A stretch of DNA of 64,000 bases from a virus. The notes beneath the pieces were generated by a model that had not been told where the DNA came from, ran no database searches, and saw only the letters and a program-made list of their open reading frames with translations. Below are positions 10,058 through 19,452 of this stretch, piece by piece. How positions within the stretch are numbered: position 1 is the first letter of the stretch; every line of letters begins with the position of its first letter. The position numbers and the translations under genes were made by a program. Where the stretch lies: positions 45,219-109,218 of IMG/VR virus record IMGVR_UViG_3300031227_000018; one strand, 5' to 3'.

Positions 10058-13000
10058 ATTTACTTTAAAATCTTTTCAACAAATTTTATCTGATATGATC
10101 GCAACTGTGGGGGCAAACTCTGCATTGACAGATATCTCAGCTGGTTCTGCAGTCATTACCATGCTGGAAGCTGCTTCAACAGAAGATGCGAATTCTTATA
10201 TTCAAATGCTGAATATTATTCGATCTTATAATTTAGATACAGTTGTTGGGATAGATTTAGATGATCGAGCTTACGAATATGGATTGACAAGGATCGGAAG
10301 CAACCCTGCGAACGGGTATGTAACTCTAAGTGATTCTGCGTTTAGTAAAGTTTCTACGGTTATTTATCCAGGGTTGCCAGGGCCAAGTGCAGGAAATACA
10401 ACTGTCAACATCGTAGATTCCACCAGTTTCCCAGCAATTGGAGGGTCAGTTATTGTTGGAAGGGGAACCAACAACGTAGAAACAGTTCCTTATGGTTCTA
10501 TAACTAATATGGGAACTTACTATCGTTTAAATTTGACGTTAGCTTTAACAAAAGATCATGGTACTGATGAAACCATTATTTTTGCACAAGGTGGCGATCG
10601 AGTTGTTCCCGCAGGTAGTGTAGTTTATGTTCCTGAATCTGATTTGATCTCTCAAATAAATTTTATTTTGCAAGCTGATCAAACGATTTTAGATGGTGAA
10701 GTTTCTATTTTAAATTCTACAGTTATTTGTAGTCAATCAGGCACTGTGGGTAATGTGAATATCGGTGCAATAAGATTCTACTCAACTTTACCGTTTACTA
10801 CAGCAGAGGTTACTAATCCCTATTCTTTTTCTACAGGTCGAGATGTGGAAACTGATGAACAATTAAGGGATAGGATTCGTGCCACCATACAAAGTTTAAG
10901 TCGTGGAACAGAGAAGTCGGTTTTAACAGCAGCAGTGCAGGTGACTTCATCTTATCAAAATAATAAAGTTGTATCAGCATCCTTTGTGGAAGCTACGACT
11001 TTAAATGAATTGAATTTTCTTTATATTGATGATGGTGTGGCACTTGAACCGTGGTTTGTAGCGGAACCTTATCAATTGTTGATGGAGTATGCAGCTGGTG
11101 GAGAAAAGTTTTTACAGCTTGATAATTCAAAAACACCGTTGACAAAAGGAAGTCTTGTAACTCAGAACAGTGAACCGTTTGGAATTATAGCTGGTCAAAC
11201 ACTGATCATTAGGGTTGGGGGTATTGAAGAAACCACTGTGACTTTTGGTGGAGCAGACATGTTTGCAGTACCAGGGTCTGCAACAGCGGAAGAAGTGATA
11301 AGGGTTCTTAATGATGAAGTATCGTTCATAGAAGCCAGAACGTCCGGCAATAGAACAAAAGTTGTTATTGAAGCACTAGCTAACACTAACGAGGAAATTC
11401 AAGTTGTGGGAGGCACTGCGAACGTTGCACTGGGTTTTAAAGAGGGCGTAGATGTTTACACTTTGAAACTTTACAAAAATGATATTTTGCTAAGTAAGGA
11501 TGGATGGAATGCCTATGTTATTTCTCAAAGTGGTCAACCCTTTGCGATTGTTCCTGCGACCACTTTGACCCTAAAGATTGATGACAAGCCAACGGTGCAA
11601 ACGATAACATTCGGTACAGAAACTACAGCAGCAGAAGTTGCTGCATTGATAAACACACAGATAACAGGTGCGCGAGCGTATACAATTCAAATTGGAAGTT
11701 CGGTGAGAGTTGTGATAGTATCCACTAATCCTTATCCAGGACAATCGGCAGTTGAAGTCACTGGTGGAGCTGCTAATGCTATATTGAATTTTTCCACTAC
11801 AATCGTGTATGGAGCAGCAAAGGATTATTCTTTAAATAAATACAATGGACAAATTGAATTAGAAGATGTTCTTGTGGCTGGCGATGAAGTGGTTGCAGGT
11901 TCTCCGTACACGAGGGCATTTGAAGAGTCTATCTCAGCTCAAAATTATTCTGTGGTTATTGGTCAATTATTGATTTTACAGGTGGATGATATTGTGGATA
12001 GTTCAGTCACCACTCAGATTAATGTAACTGACTTTATTGATGTCAGTTTAGCTGCAACATATGTTGATGATCATTTTGAAGACTTGTATGTTCGATTTAA
12101 AAGCACAACGACAACAGTAGCACTTCAAGGTGTTTATCGACAAATATCAGCTTATAATGGTACAACAGGTCAATTCACCACAGCTGCATTCCCTGCGATA
12201 CCTCAAGTTGCAGATGTTTATGAGGTGGTTCAAATAGCCACAGCGACAGCGACAGCTTCTTTAGATTGCGATGGTGTTAACACCATGTTTGAACCTTTAC
12301 TTAGGGGAGTGAGTTTTTATGGTAAAACCAAGAATCTTGACACTTTTTTGAGAGTGCAATCGAATAGTCAAGATGAATCTGGAAGAATACGCATTCATTC
12401 CGCCACTACAGTTGTGGGCTTGGATCTTCCTACAGGAGTCACAAACTCAGCGCAAGAGAGTAATTACGGTTTTGTGGAAAGTGGAAATGAACAGGATTTT
12501 ACATTTGGTGTTGGTCAATTTATCATTTTTGTTTTTGACAATGATTTAACTTATAAAACTGTAACAGTTAATATAGATTACGACAGTATTGTTACTGCTG
12601 GGGTTGGTGCCAGTGATTTTAGGGCTGCAAGTTTGATAACCTATTTCACACAGCAAGACTTCTTTGTGGGATGTAGAGTCAGATTTAAATTTAATACAAC
12701 TACAGCAGCTTTAAGAAATCAAATTGGGACAATAACAGCTTATGATGAAACTAACGGTCAAATAACAGTTGCCGCACCACTTCCAGCTGCACCTGTTATT
12801 GGGGATACTTTTGAGATTATTCCAACAACAACACGCAATGTGGTTGATCTTTTTAATCATAGAACTTTTACAAATTTAGGGGTTTATTGCGATATTGAAG
12901 CAAGCTATGACGGGACGAAAGTTCAACTTACAACAAAAACCGAAGGAACTCTAGGTGCTGTTAGATGTGCAGGTGGTAATGCAAATGATTTTAGTATACC

Positions 13001-13664
13001 ACTATTGACAGATGGTACGCTTCTGGGAGCTTCCACTGTAGATTCGATTGAAGGGTTGAGTGTTGGATTGCAATTGGTCATAAACGATAGCGGAGTAGTT
13101 GGCCCTGCGGATATAACTATAACAAACATAGCGGGTGCTGCTTCGCCTTATACAGTTTCAGTTTCAGTTGATGCTGGTGGAACTGATATCAGTGGTTATT
13201 TAACGGGTAATTCAGCTTATTTTATGCCTCGAAATCAATTTGATTTTACTCTTATTCCTGCTGAAGGAATTGATGGTTATAAAAACTATGTTGGTTTAGT
13301 TCAAGAATGTCAGTGGATAATCGACGGTAAGGATACTGATTTTGAAAATTATCCTGGCATTAAAGCGGCAGGGGTTCAAATTGAAATAAAAGCACCTGTT
13401 ATGCATTATGTTGAAGTTACCATTGATGTTTCCACATCAGACGGTTTGACATTGGCTCTTGTTAAAAATGATGTTAAATCTGCAATTAGTAATTATATAA
13501 ATGGCCTGGGAGTTGGTGAAGATGTGGTTCTTAGTGAAATAATCGCCGCTGTTATGGCTGTCACTGGTATTGTGGATTCAAGTATTCTCACTCCGACTGC
13601 GAATGTTTTAATAGCTGCCAATGAGTTGGCTCGCATTTCAGAAACCGATATTATAGTAGGGTAA
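10050..13664 (+). CDS. Baseplate J-like wedge protein with large internal insertion
   Basis: LKSFQQILSDM, GIDLDDRA, GTVGNV, GRDVETDEQLRDR, YINGLGVGEDVVLSEII motifs. Start at ATG 10050 after GGAG. Confidence 0.85.
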   Translation: MAEFTLKSFQQILSDMIATVGANSALTDISAGSAVITMLEAASTEDANSYIQMLNIIRSYNLDTVVGIDLDDRAYEYGLTRIGSNPANGYVTLSDSAFSKVSTVIYPGLPGPSAGNTTVNIVDSTSFPAIGGSVIVGRGTNNVETVPYGSITNMGTYYRLNLTLALTKDHGTDETIIFAQGGDRVVPAGSVVYVPESDLISQINFILQADQTILDGEVSILNSTVICSQSGTVGNVNIGAIRFYSTLPFTTAEVTNPYSFSTGRDVETDEQLRDRIRATIQSLSRGTEKSVLTAAVQVTSSYQNNKVVSASFVEATTLNELNFLYIDDGVALEPWFVAEPYQLLMEYAAGGEKFLQLDNSKTPLTKGSLVTQNSEPFGIIAGQTLIIRVGGIEETTVTFGGADMFAVPGSATAEEVIRVLNDEVSFIEARTSGNRTKVVIEALANTNEEIQVVGGTANVALGFKEGVDVYTLKLYKNDILLSKDGWNAYVISQSGQPFAIVPATTLTLKIDDKPTVQTITFGTETTAAEVAALINTQITGARAYTIQIGSSVRVVIVSTNPYPGQSAVEVTGGAANAILNFSTTIVYGAAKDYSLNKYNGQIELEDVLVAGDEVVAGSPYTRAFEESISAQNYSVVIGQLLILQVDDIVDSSVTTQINVTDFIDVSLAATYVDDHFEDLYVRFKSTTTTVALQGVYRQISAYNGTTGQFTTAAFPAIPQVADVYEVVQIATATATASLDCDGVNTMFEPLLRGVSFYGKTKNLDTFLRVQSNSQDESGRIRIHSATTVVGLDLPTGVTNSAQESNYGFVESGNEQDFTFGVGQFIIFVFDNDLTYKTVTVNIDYDSIVTAGVGASDFRAASLITYFTQQDFFVGCRVRFKFNTTTAALRNQIGTITAYDETNGQITVAAPLPAAPVIGDTFEIIPTTTRNVVDLFNHRTFTNLGVYCDIEASYDGTKVQLTTKTEGTLGAVRCAGGNANDFSIPLLTDGTLLGASTVDSIEGLSVGLQLVINDSGVVGPADITITNIAGAASPYTVSVSVDAGGTDISGYLTGNSAYFMPRNQFDFTLIPAEGIDGYKNYVGLVQECQWIIDGKDTDFENYPGIKAAGVQIEIKAPVMHYVEVTIDVSTSDGLTLALVKNDVKSAISNYINGLGVGEDVVLSEIIAAVMAVTGIVDSSILTPTANVLIAANELARISETDIIVG

Positions 13665-13666
13665 TT

Positions 13667-14929
13667 ATGGATAGATTAGAAAGACTTTACAGTTTTATGC
13701 CATCTTATTATCATGCTGAATCTAGCGAATATATTAACGCTACTTTTAAAGCATTTGCTGAGCAAGATCAGTTGATAGAAAGCGCAGTTGATGATGCTAA
13801 AGATCAATTGTATGTAAGTCGGGCTGTTCATAATTATCTTGATTATTTATCTTCTAATTTTGATATTTCAAGGCCCACAGATATACTTTATTTTATTGAC
13901 AGTAAATTTAGAGAACTTATCCCTGTTTTGAGTTATTGGCCGAAGCAAGTGAAACCTACTATTTACAAATGTTTGGAATTGTTTTGGAGTATCGAATACT
14001 TACACTCTACATCTACTAGTGGGAACTTTGAAACTTTTAATTTAGTTGGTGGTGAGACTTTGAGTTTTACTGTAGATGAAACAAAAGAAATATCTGTGAC
14101 ATTTTTAGCAGAAGATTTTGCAGTTCCAGGAGCCGCAACTGCTCAAGAAGTTGTTGATCGTATTAATGAATGGGTGCCAGAATACGTCATTGCACACACT
14201 TACCATGACAAACTTTTAAATCAAATACACGTTCGGATAAGCACTTTGACTTTTGGTTTGGCTGGAACTGTTCAAATAACAGGAGGTACTGCGAATGTTG
14301 CATTAGCTTTTGATACAGATAAACATCAATATACAAAAGTCAGCTTACATGAGTTGAATCCGAATGAATTGATAGTGAGGATGCCCAAGAAGATTATACT
14401 GGAATATGACACACTATTGTGGTCTCATCATTTCCATGCAGATGCAACAATTGTAGATAGTAGACCAGTCGTTGATGCAACGCATCCATATTGGCCAGGA
14501 TCTTTCTTTTATGATCGACCAACAGGATCAAGTATTCATATTACTAGTACGGTTACGACTTTACAACAATCCATTGGAGCGTCTGGGCATTATGCTGCTG
14601 TAACATTTGCCGACACTTCTCAATTTCCAGGAGCAGGCGGTCATATTGTTTTTGATTTTGGTGGAAATGAGCAGGAAGTTGTAAAATATCTTTCTCGCCC
14701 AAACAACACAACCTTATTGCTAGATGCTACGTATCCATTTGTTTATTCGCATGGTATCGGTGATAGAGTCAATTTATGCTATCCTACGCCATATAAACCG
14801 CGTATAACTGGTGTTGATTATCCAATATTTTTTGTTGATACAGAAATAGCGTACGAGTTAATCAGTCGATTTATTTTGTTGTTGAAAGCAGCGGGAATTG
14901 TTGTGAGATGGATATTAGAAGATGATTAA
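13667..14929 (+). CDS. Baseplate wedge protein (I/gp7-like)
   Basis: Follows J; MPSYY..YLDYL..RP N-terminus and LKAAGIVV C-terminus. Confidence 0.65.
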   Translation: MDRLERLYSFMPSYYHAESSEYINATFKAFAEQDQLIESAVDDAKDQLYVSRAVHNYLDYLSSNFDISRPTDILYFIDSKFRELIPVLSYWPKQVKPTIYKCLELFWSIEYLHSTSTSGNFETFNLVGGETLSFTVDETKEISVTFLAEDFAVPGAATAQEVVDRINEWVPEYVIAHTYHDKLLNQIHVRISTLTFGLAGTVQITGGTANVALAFDTDKHQYTKVSLHELNPNELIVRMPKKIILEYDTLLWSHHFHADATIVDSRPVVDATHPYWPGSFFYDRPTGSSIHITSTVTTLQQSIGASGHYAAVTFADTSQFPGAGGHIVFDFGGNEQEVVKYLSRPNNTTLLLDATYPFVYSHGIGDRVNLCYPTPYKPRITGVDYPIFFVDTEIAYELISRFILLLKAAGIVVRWILEDD

Positions 14930-14956
14930 AAGTTTTTTAAGATATAAAATATAGTT
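14927..14956 (+). promoter_or_regulatory. Candidate late promoter TAAAAGTTTTT-N12-TATAGTT
   Basis: Same motif and spacing at 50836-50865; both copies precede structural genes. Confidence 0.4.
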
Positions 14957-14975
14957 TAATAAATGAGGAGTTAAA

Positions 14976-16076
14976 ATGGCCCAACAAACAAAACTTATTA
15001 TGTATGCACAGGAGCGTTACGATTTACCAGATTTTAACACTTTGCAATCTTTAATAGAAACCGATGAACAACTATTGAATAAAGGTGCTATTTCAGGGTT
15101 AAATTGTTATATTTTGGGTGGTTTTGTGGTAACTCACGTAGTTCCACCGAGTCTGAATATTAGCATCAATCCGATAGGTTCTGTTTTGATAGATGGTGCA
15201 AATGATGGCAGTTTATACTATGGTCCAGCTGGAACTGCATTGTTAACGGATACAGCAGTGGATGGCACCACAACTTATTTTTGGCTTGAGACCGATTTCC
15301 AAGGTGGTACGCCAGCAGTTAGAACCTTTTGGGATCCTGCTTCAATGGTTGGTGTTGGAGCTGAATTTAATCAAATAGTCAACACTCAAAGAGAATTGAT
15401 TGTTACTTTGAATAAAAACACAACGGGATTCCCTGTTTCTGGAACTACAATCCCATTGTGCAAAACAACTGCGATTGCTGGTAATATCACCACTTTTACA
15501 GATTGTCGTCAAATGTTGTTTAGACTGGGGTCAGGTGGGAATGCTCCAAATTTAGATTATGTATACCCATGGATAGCGGGTAGAGGCGAACCTGGGGTTT
15601 CTGGTGCTGTTGGTATATTCAGTGGTGGAGATAAACAGCTTGAAAATTTAAAAGATAGTTTAGATGCTATAATGTCAATGATTAAAGAAATTAAATTTGG
15701 TAGTGCAACAGGTGCTGCAGCTGTTTGGTACGCACCTGCACATTCTAGTTTAGCAGATGTTTCTATTGCTATGACGGGTGGTGGAGTTTGGTCTTGGGCT
15801 TTGGGAACTGGAAGAGTTACACTTACGGCTGATGCAACAATATTGATACCTGGTACAGCTTTTATTAATACGATTGATTTTACTGATCCAGAAGGAACTG
15901 GAAATGCATGGATAAGCATGCCAGCAAACGGGAATGTAGCTTATGTTGATATTGATAGAACTTCAAATGCAGTTTTAACCGCCACAGTCGTGGCTTCTTC
16001 GGCATACGTTCCAGCACCAGATAGATTTATAATGATACGTAGAATCAGTGACGCTGTTTATATTGGTATGGCATAA
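14976..16076 (+). CDS. Tail fibre attachment / baseplate-associated protein
   Basis: Follows the wedge genes; QERYDLPDF..YILGGFVV N-terminus, TDCRQML; SD GAGGAG. Confidence 0.55.
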   Translation: MAQQTKLIMYAQERYDLPDFNTLQSLIETDEQLLNKGAISGLNCYILGGFVVTHVVPPSLNISINPIGSVLIDGANDGSLYYGPAGTALLTDTAVDGTTTYFWLETDFQGGTPAVRTFWDPASMVGVGAEFNQIVNTQRELIVTLNKNTTGFPVSGTTIPLCKTTAIAGNITTFTDCRQMLFRLGSGGNAPNLDYVYPWIAGRGEPGVSGAVGIFSGGDKQLENLKDSLDAIMSMIKEIKFGSATGAAAVWYAPAHSSLADVSIAMTGGGVWSWALGTGRVTLTADATILIPGTAFINTIDFTDPEGTGNAWISMPANGNVAYVDIDRTSNAVLTATVVASSAYVPAPDRFIMIRRISDAVYIGMA

Positions 16077-16088
16077 AAGGAGATTGAT

Positions 16089-17330
16089 ATGGCATTAATG
16101 AGATTGGATAATGGTGAATCAGGTGAACTCGCAACTCCATTGACTAAACAACATTTAGAGTATGTTGGAGGTGCTACTTTAACAGAGGCAGATTCTCAGC
16201 CTGATTACAACACTCTTATCGCACCTAAAGTGGTGCATGGATTTGCTAATTTAGAGGATTTAACACTGGCATTAGCTAAGGTTGGAGATCTGTTCACTAA
16301 TCGGTATGGTGATGATATATTTGGAATATTGGAGTGGCAGGCAGCAGCCCAAGCAGATTTTATTAATGGAGCTATTCTCAACATAGGTAATGGAGCTGTT
16401 ATCAATGTATTGTCTGGAGGAGAAATAGAATGTCGATCTGGAGCGATAGTGGATTTTCAAGATGGTTGTACACCAAGTTTTGCAACCACCCCAGGAGCTC
16501 CGTTTACTGTTGCTGCTGGTGCAGCTGTGGTCACCAATTTAGATGCAGACAAAGTTGATGGTGCAAATGCATCTGCAACTCCATCAAATGGCATAATTGT
16601 TATTGCTAATGCTAATGGGTTTTTAACAACTCCAGCAGCTGCTCCTACAGTTAATTATGAAGTGGCGAATAAAAAATATGTTGATGATTCGTCAGGAGCT
16701 ATAATCGATCATGATCATTCGGTTAGTGGCACCAACCATGGTGGACAACTTGTTCCTGGAACGATATTTGCAGCAGGTAATAAAACTGGAACAGGCAAAG
16801 CGGTTCTTGATGAATTTCCAACTATAAAAGCTCCGACGATATCTCCTACAAGTGCAAGTGCCTTTATATCTGCTCATGAATATTATAGAGCGGATGGAAC
16901 GCCTGTTTATATGCAGGAAAAGGGGGAAGCTCGAACTCAAGTTGATGCGTCTTACGCTATAACAACTGTTGCAGATGCAAATAATCGTAGGACTTATATA
17001 TTCTATTGTGCATATACTGCTACTGGGGCTGGAGATGTTTGGATTGATGTATTTGATGCAACATTGCATGCAAGCGATGATCAAATAATGATACATGTTG
17101 AGGTAATGGGTTCAGATATTACTGGGGCAGCCTCATATTTACTTTGTGATGGAATGTGGCACTCAAGAAGGGGTGTTGGTGGCACCACGTTTGTTGGTGA
17201 TGCGGGGTCAACTGGAGGGTGTGCGCAACAAATGGCGTGGGATGGAACAAGTAAGATGACGTATTCATTAAATCGCGATGATACAGTAGCAACGAGATAT
17301 ATGGTTAAAGCTACAGTGCAGGCTTGTTAA
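16089..17330 (+). CDS. Tail fibre protein
   Basis: APFTV..VVTNLDADKVDG and PTVNYEVANKKYVD fibre motifs. Confidence 0.7.
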   Translation: MALMRLDNGESGELATPLTKQHLEYVGGATLTEADSQPDYNTLIAPKVVHGFANLEDLTLALAKVGDLFTNRYGDDIFGILEWQAAAQADFINGAILNIGNGAVINVLSGGEIECRSGAIVDFQDGCTPSFATTPGAPFTVAAGAAVVTNLDADKVDGANASATPSNGIIVIANANGFLTTPAAAPTVNYEVANKKYVDDSSGAIIDHDHSVSGTNHGGQLVPGTIFAAGNKTGTGKAVLDEFPTIKAPTISPTSASAFISAHEYYRADGTPVYMQEKGEARTQVDASYAITTVADANNRRTYIFYCAYTATGAGDVWIDVFDATLHASDDQIMIHVEVMGSDITGAASYLLCDGMWHSRRGVGGTTFVGDAGSTGGCAQQMAWDGTSKMTYSLNRDDTVATRYMVKATVQAC

Positions 17331-17584
17331 TGCCAGAAAAAAAAGAAAATGATATATACATAAGAGATAGGGATAGCAAAAGTTATCGGCTTGCATTCTG
17401 GAGTTTCGTTGCTTCTCTTATTTTTGTATTTTTAGGAATTATAGAACATGTTCAATATGGAGACTTTATGTTGAAATTTAGAGCGGTGGAAGGTCAAGTT
17501 GTTTTGTTTCTACTTACTCCTTGCCTAAGTTTATATGGATTTCGTAGATATACAGATTATCTAGTGAAGAAAGGCGAAAAATAG
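17324..17584 (+). CDS. Small two-TM membrane protein, holin candidate
   Basis: Two hydrophobic segments, basic C-terminus, last gene of the late operon. Confidence 0.45.
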   Translation: MLMPEKKENDIYIRDRDSKSYRLAFWSFVASLIFVFLGIIEHVQYGDFMLKFRAVEGQVVLFLLTPCLSLYGFRRYTDYLVKKGEK

Positions 17585-17586
17585 GG

Positions 17587-17609
17587 AGGGGTAACCCCTA
17601 CTCTTTTTT
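17587..17609 (+). terminator. Probable intrinsic terminator at convergent operon junction
   Basis: AGGGG-TAA-CCCCT stem followed by a T6 run. Confidence 0.45.
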
Positions 17610-17789
17610 ATTATCTCCCTTTAAATATAACGGCTCAAACTTCCAATGTCTATAAGATTCATGTTTTCTACCGTTACAAGTTAAACACTTCCATCGCTTG
17701 TATTCTTTTTGAGTCCAAGGACTAACTTTTTCAAACAGTCTGTTCCCTTTACATCTAGGACAAAACAATATTTTAGTTCCTTCCCTCAT
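17598..17789 (-). CDS. Small zinc-ribbon protein
   Basis: CPRC..WKCLTC; coupled to the upstream ORF. Confidence 0.6.
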   Translation of the reverse strand: MREGTKILFCPRCKGNRLFEKVSPWTQKEYKRWKCLTCNGRKHESYRHWKFEPLYLKGDNKKE

Positions 17790-17792
17790 ATC

Positions 17793-18206
17793 TCATTTTC
17801 CTTGCATAAATTCATTGTGCCCCATCTCTACCTCTTCGTACAGCCTAGCTATCTGCTTACAATGCTCATCTTCTCTGCGTTGGTACTTAACTATCTCCCT
17901 ATCCTTCTCGTCTAACAGTTCTTGTATGAAGGCTTGTAGTTCAAGAAAGCCACCAAGGTCAGCCAAGTCATATACTCCACCTTTTACCTGAAGACCTTTC
18001 TTCTTAATTATGTCGAAGATAAGTTCTCTTAGCTTTTCCTTCCAGTCTTTAGGCTTATCACACCTAGCGCACCCCAACTGAACAATACCAAACTTCTTCA
18101 TCACCTTAATTACTTCATCGAAGAAGTCTGACATTGACACAGCCTTATCTAATTCATTTCCTCTTACATGCATGAAGCTGACTTCACTTTTCTCTGAATC
18201 AATCAT
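17793..18206 (-). CDS. Hypothetical protein
   Basis: SD AGGAG; part of the contiguous minus-strand operon. Confidence 0.6.
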   Translation of the reverse strand: MIDSEKSEVSFMHVRGNELDKAVSMSDFFDEVIKVMKKFGIVQLGCARCDKPKDWKEKLRELIFDIIKKKGLQVKGGVYDLADLGGFLELQAFIQELLDEKDREIVKYQRREDEHCKQIARLYEEVEMGHNEFMQGK

Positions 18207-18255
18207 CTTACACTCCTATGTAAACATTTGTAAAATTATAAGCATCAGGTTTTGG

Positions 18256-18633
18256 TTATACCTCATAATAGCCATCTTTGTTGGGTGTGGCTGGCCATAT
18301 TATTTTATCATAGGGCTGTAGAAGCATAATTTTCTGCACTTCTTCCATAGAACCATATAGCGTTGTGGTTAAGTACCATATTGAATTGATCGCATTCACT
18401 ACCCTGTTGATTAGAGCCGGTGCTAATAATAGCTTGGGTTCTTCTTCTACATAAAATTCCCAATTGTCATCAATTTTTTCATCAATATCCCATGAATTTT
18501 CGCGGTTAGATCTACTGAATGTGTCTTTACCAAAAAACATTTTATCACCTACATAGAGTATCTTTATGTAGCAGTTTTCGCTCCATGCTTTCTTTCTTAC
18601 TTTTCTTCCTACCATACTTTTTGTTATTAGCAT
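18256..18633 (-). CDS. Hypothetical protein
   Basis: SD AAGGAG; contiguous operon. Confidence 0.6.
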   Translation of the reverse strand: MLITKSMVGRKVRKKAWSENCYIKILYVGDKMFFGKDTFSRSNRENSWDIDEKIDDNWEFYVEEEPKLLLAPALINRVVNAINSIWYLTTTLYGSMEEVQKIMLLQPYDKIIWPATPNKDGYYEV

Positions 18634-18645
18634 TTTATTTCTCCT

Positions 18646-19011
18646 TTAGATATTTAACAATGTTTTCTCAATAGCCAATACGATAGCTAGGGAGGGTGTA
18701 GGTGCTGTTGCTTTTGCAGCAATGTTAGGCCCTAGATACCCCCATGACTTACTAAAACTTATGTCACATTCTTTATCAAAAAAACTCATAACAAAATAAC
18801 GGTAGCCTTTTTCTCTCATCTTATCCACAAGCATAAAAGCATCTGCTATGTTATCGCAGAAATTGGGCAATCCCAGCATAAGATTACCATTGCAAAACCA
18901 ATCAGTGCTGTGGATGTCAGACCCTATCCCATTTACCCCCACAACCCATGACTTTTTTTCCCACCCTAGAACCTTCTCAGCCATCAGTTTATTTAGCTTC
19001 TGTTTGTCCAT
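18646..19011 (-). CDS. Phage ABA-sandwich (BC1872-like) domain protein
   Basis: LMAEKVLGW..PNFCDNIADAFMLVDKM..ATAPTPSLAI pattern. Start moved to ATG 19011 (SD AGGGG). Confidence 0.6.
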   Translation of the reverse strand: MDKQKLNKLMAEKVLGWEKKSWVVGVNGIGSDIHSTDWFCNGNLMLGLPNFCDNIADAFMLVDKMREKGYRYFVMSFFDKECDISFSKSWGYLGPNIAAKATAPTPSLAIVLAIEKTLLNI

Positions 19012-19038
19012 ATCATCCCCTTTAAATATTAACAGCGT

Positions 19039-19231
19039 AGAGCATGGCAAGATTCGAACTTGCTTGTCAATACGGGTGGCAACCAACTGTAGGACTTTTC
19101 AGTCCACCCACACGGGGAGCTTTCTTCGCACAGTGCCACAGAGTGCTTGTTACTCCGTAGGCGTCCCGTATCAACACTCTAGCTTCTTACCGACACTATT
19201 AGCATAGGTGTTCCCACCACGCCGCACGCCC
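19039..19231 (-). ncRNA. tRNA-like structured RNA (~193 nt) with large insert in place of the anticodon/variable arms
   Basis: Acceptor GGGCGTG/CATGCTC, perfect T-arm GCAAG-TTCGAAT-CTTGC, D-arm-like segment, nested internal helices and a GAAA tetraloop. Confidence 0.7.
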
Positions 19232-19235
19232 TAGC

Positions 19236-19248
19236 TGTCAAAGATCAA
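19236..19248 (-). promoter_or_regulatory. boxA-like antitermination motif TTGATCTTTGACA
   Basis: Resembles rRNA/nut boxA; lies 4 nt upstream of the tRNA-like RNA; near-identical copies at 19440-19452 and 60405-60417. Confidence 0.5.
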
Positions 19249-19424
19249 TTGCGATTCCAATACCAATTCAATGTGCTGTTAAACCCCAATTCCCTTATTG
19301 CATCCTGTAGCCATTCCGGTAAAAGGCACCCATTATTTTGTAGAGACAATAAAAGATATTCTTCCTTTTTATTTTGTGGGATAAAATTACAATTTCCACA
19401 TCCTAAGTTTGCAATTATTATCAT
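19245..19424 (-). CDS. Small hypothetical protein (59 aa, not in ORF track)
   Basis: SD GGGAGG, MIIIANLGCGNCNF...WYWNRN*; fills the gap in the operon. Confidence 0.5.
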   Translation of the reverse strand: MIIIANLGCGNCNFIPQNKKEEYLLLSLQNNGCLLPEWLQDAIRELGFNSTLNWYWNRN

Positions 19425-19439
19425 GTCCCTCCCACTAGC

Positions 19440-19452
19440 TGTTAAAGATCAA
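19440..19452 (-). promoter_or_regulatory. boxA-like motif TTGATCTTTAACA
   Basis: Repeat of the motif at 19236; overlaps the stop codon of the Tad1-like gene. Confidence 0.5.

Noticed and set aside
19012-19086. N-terminal extension of ORF 18646-19086
   Set aside because: It overlaps the T-arm/acceptor of the tRNA-like RNA; a better SD and ATG exist at 19011.
19039-19231. tmRNA or ordinary tRNA
   Set aside because: Too short for tmRNA, no Ala-type GGGG..CCA ends or evident tag ORF; no 7-nt anticodon loop in the normal position.
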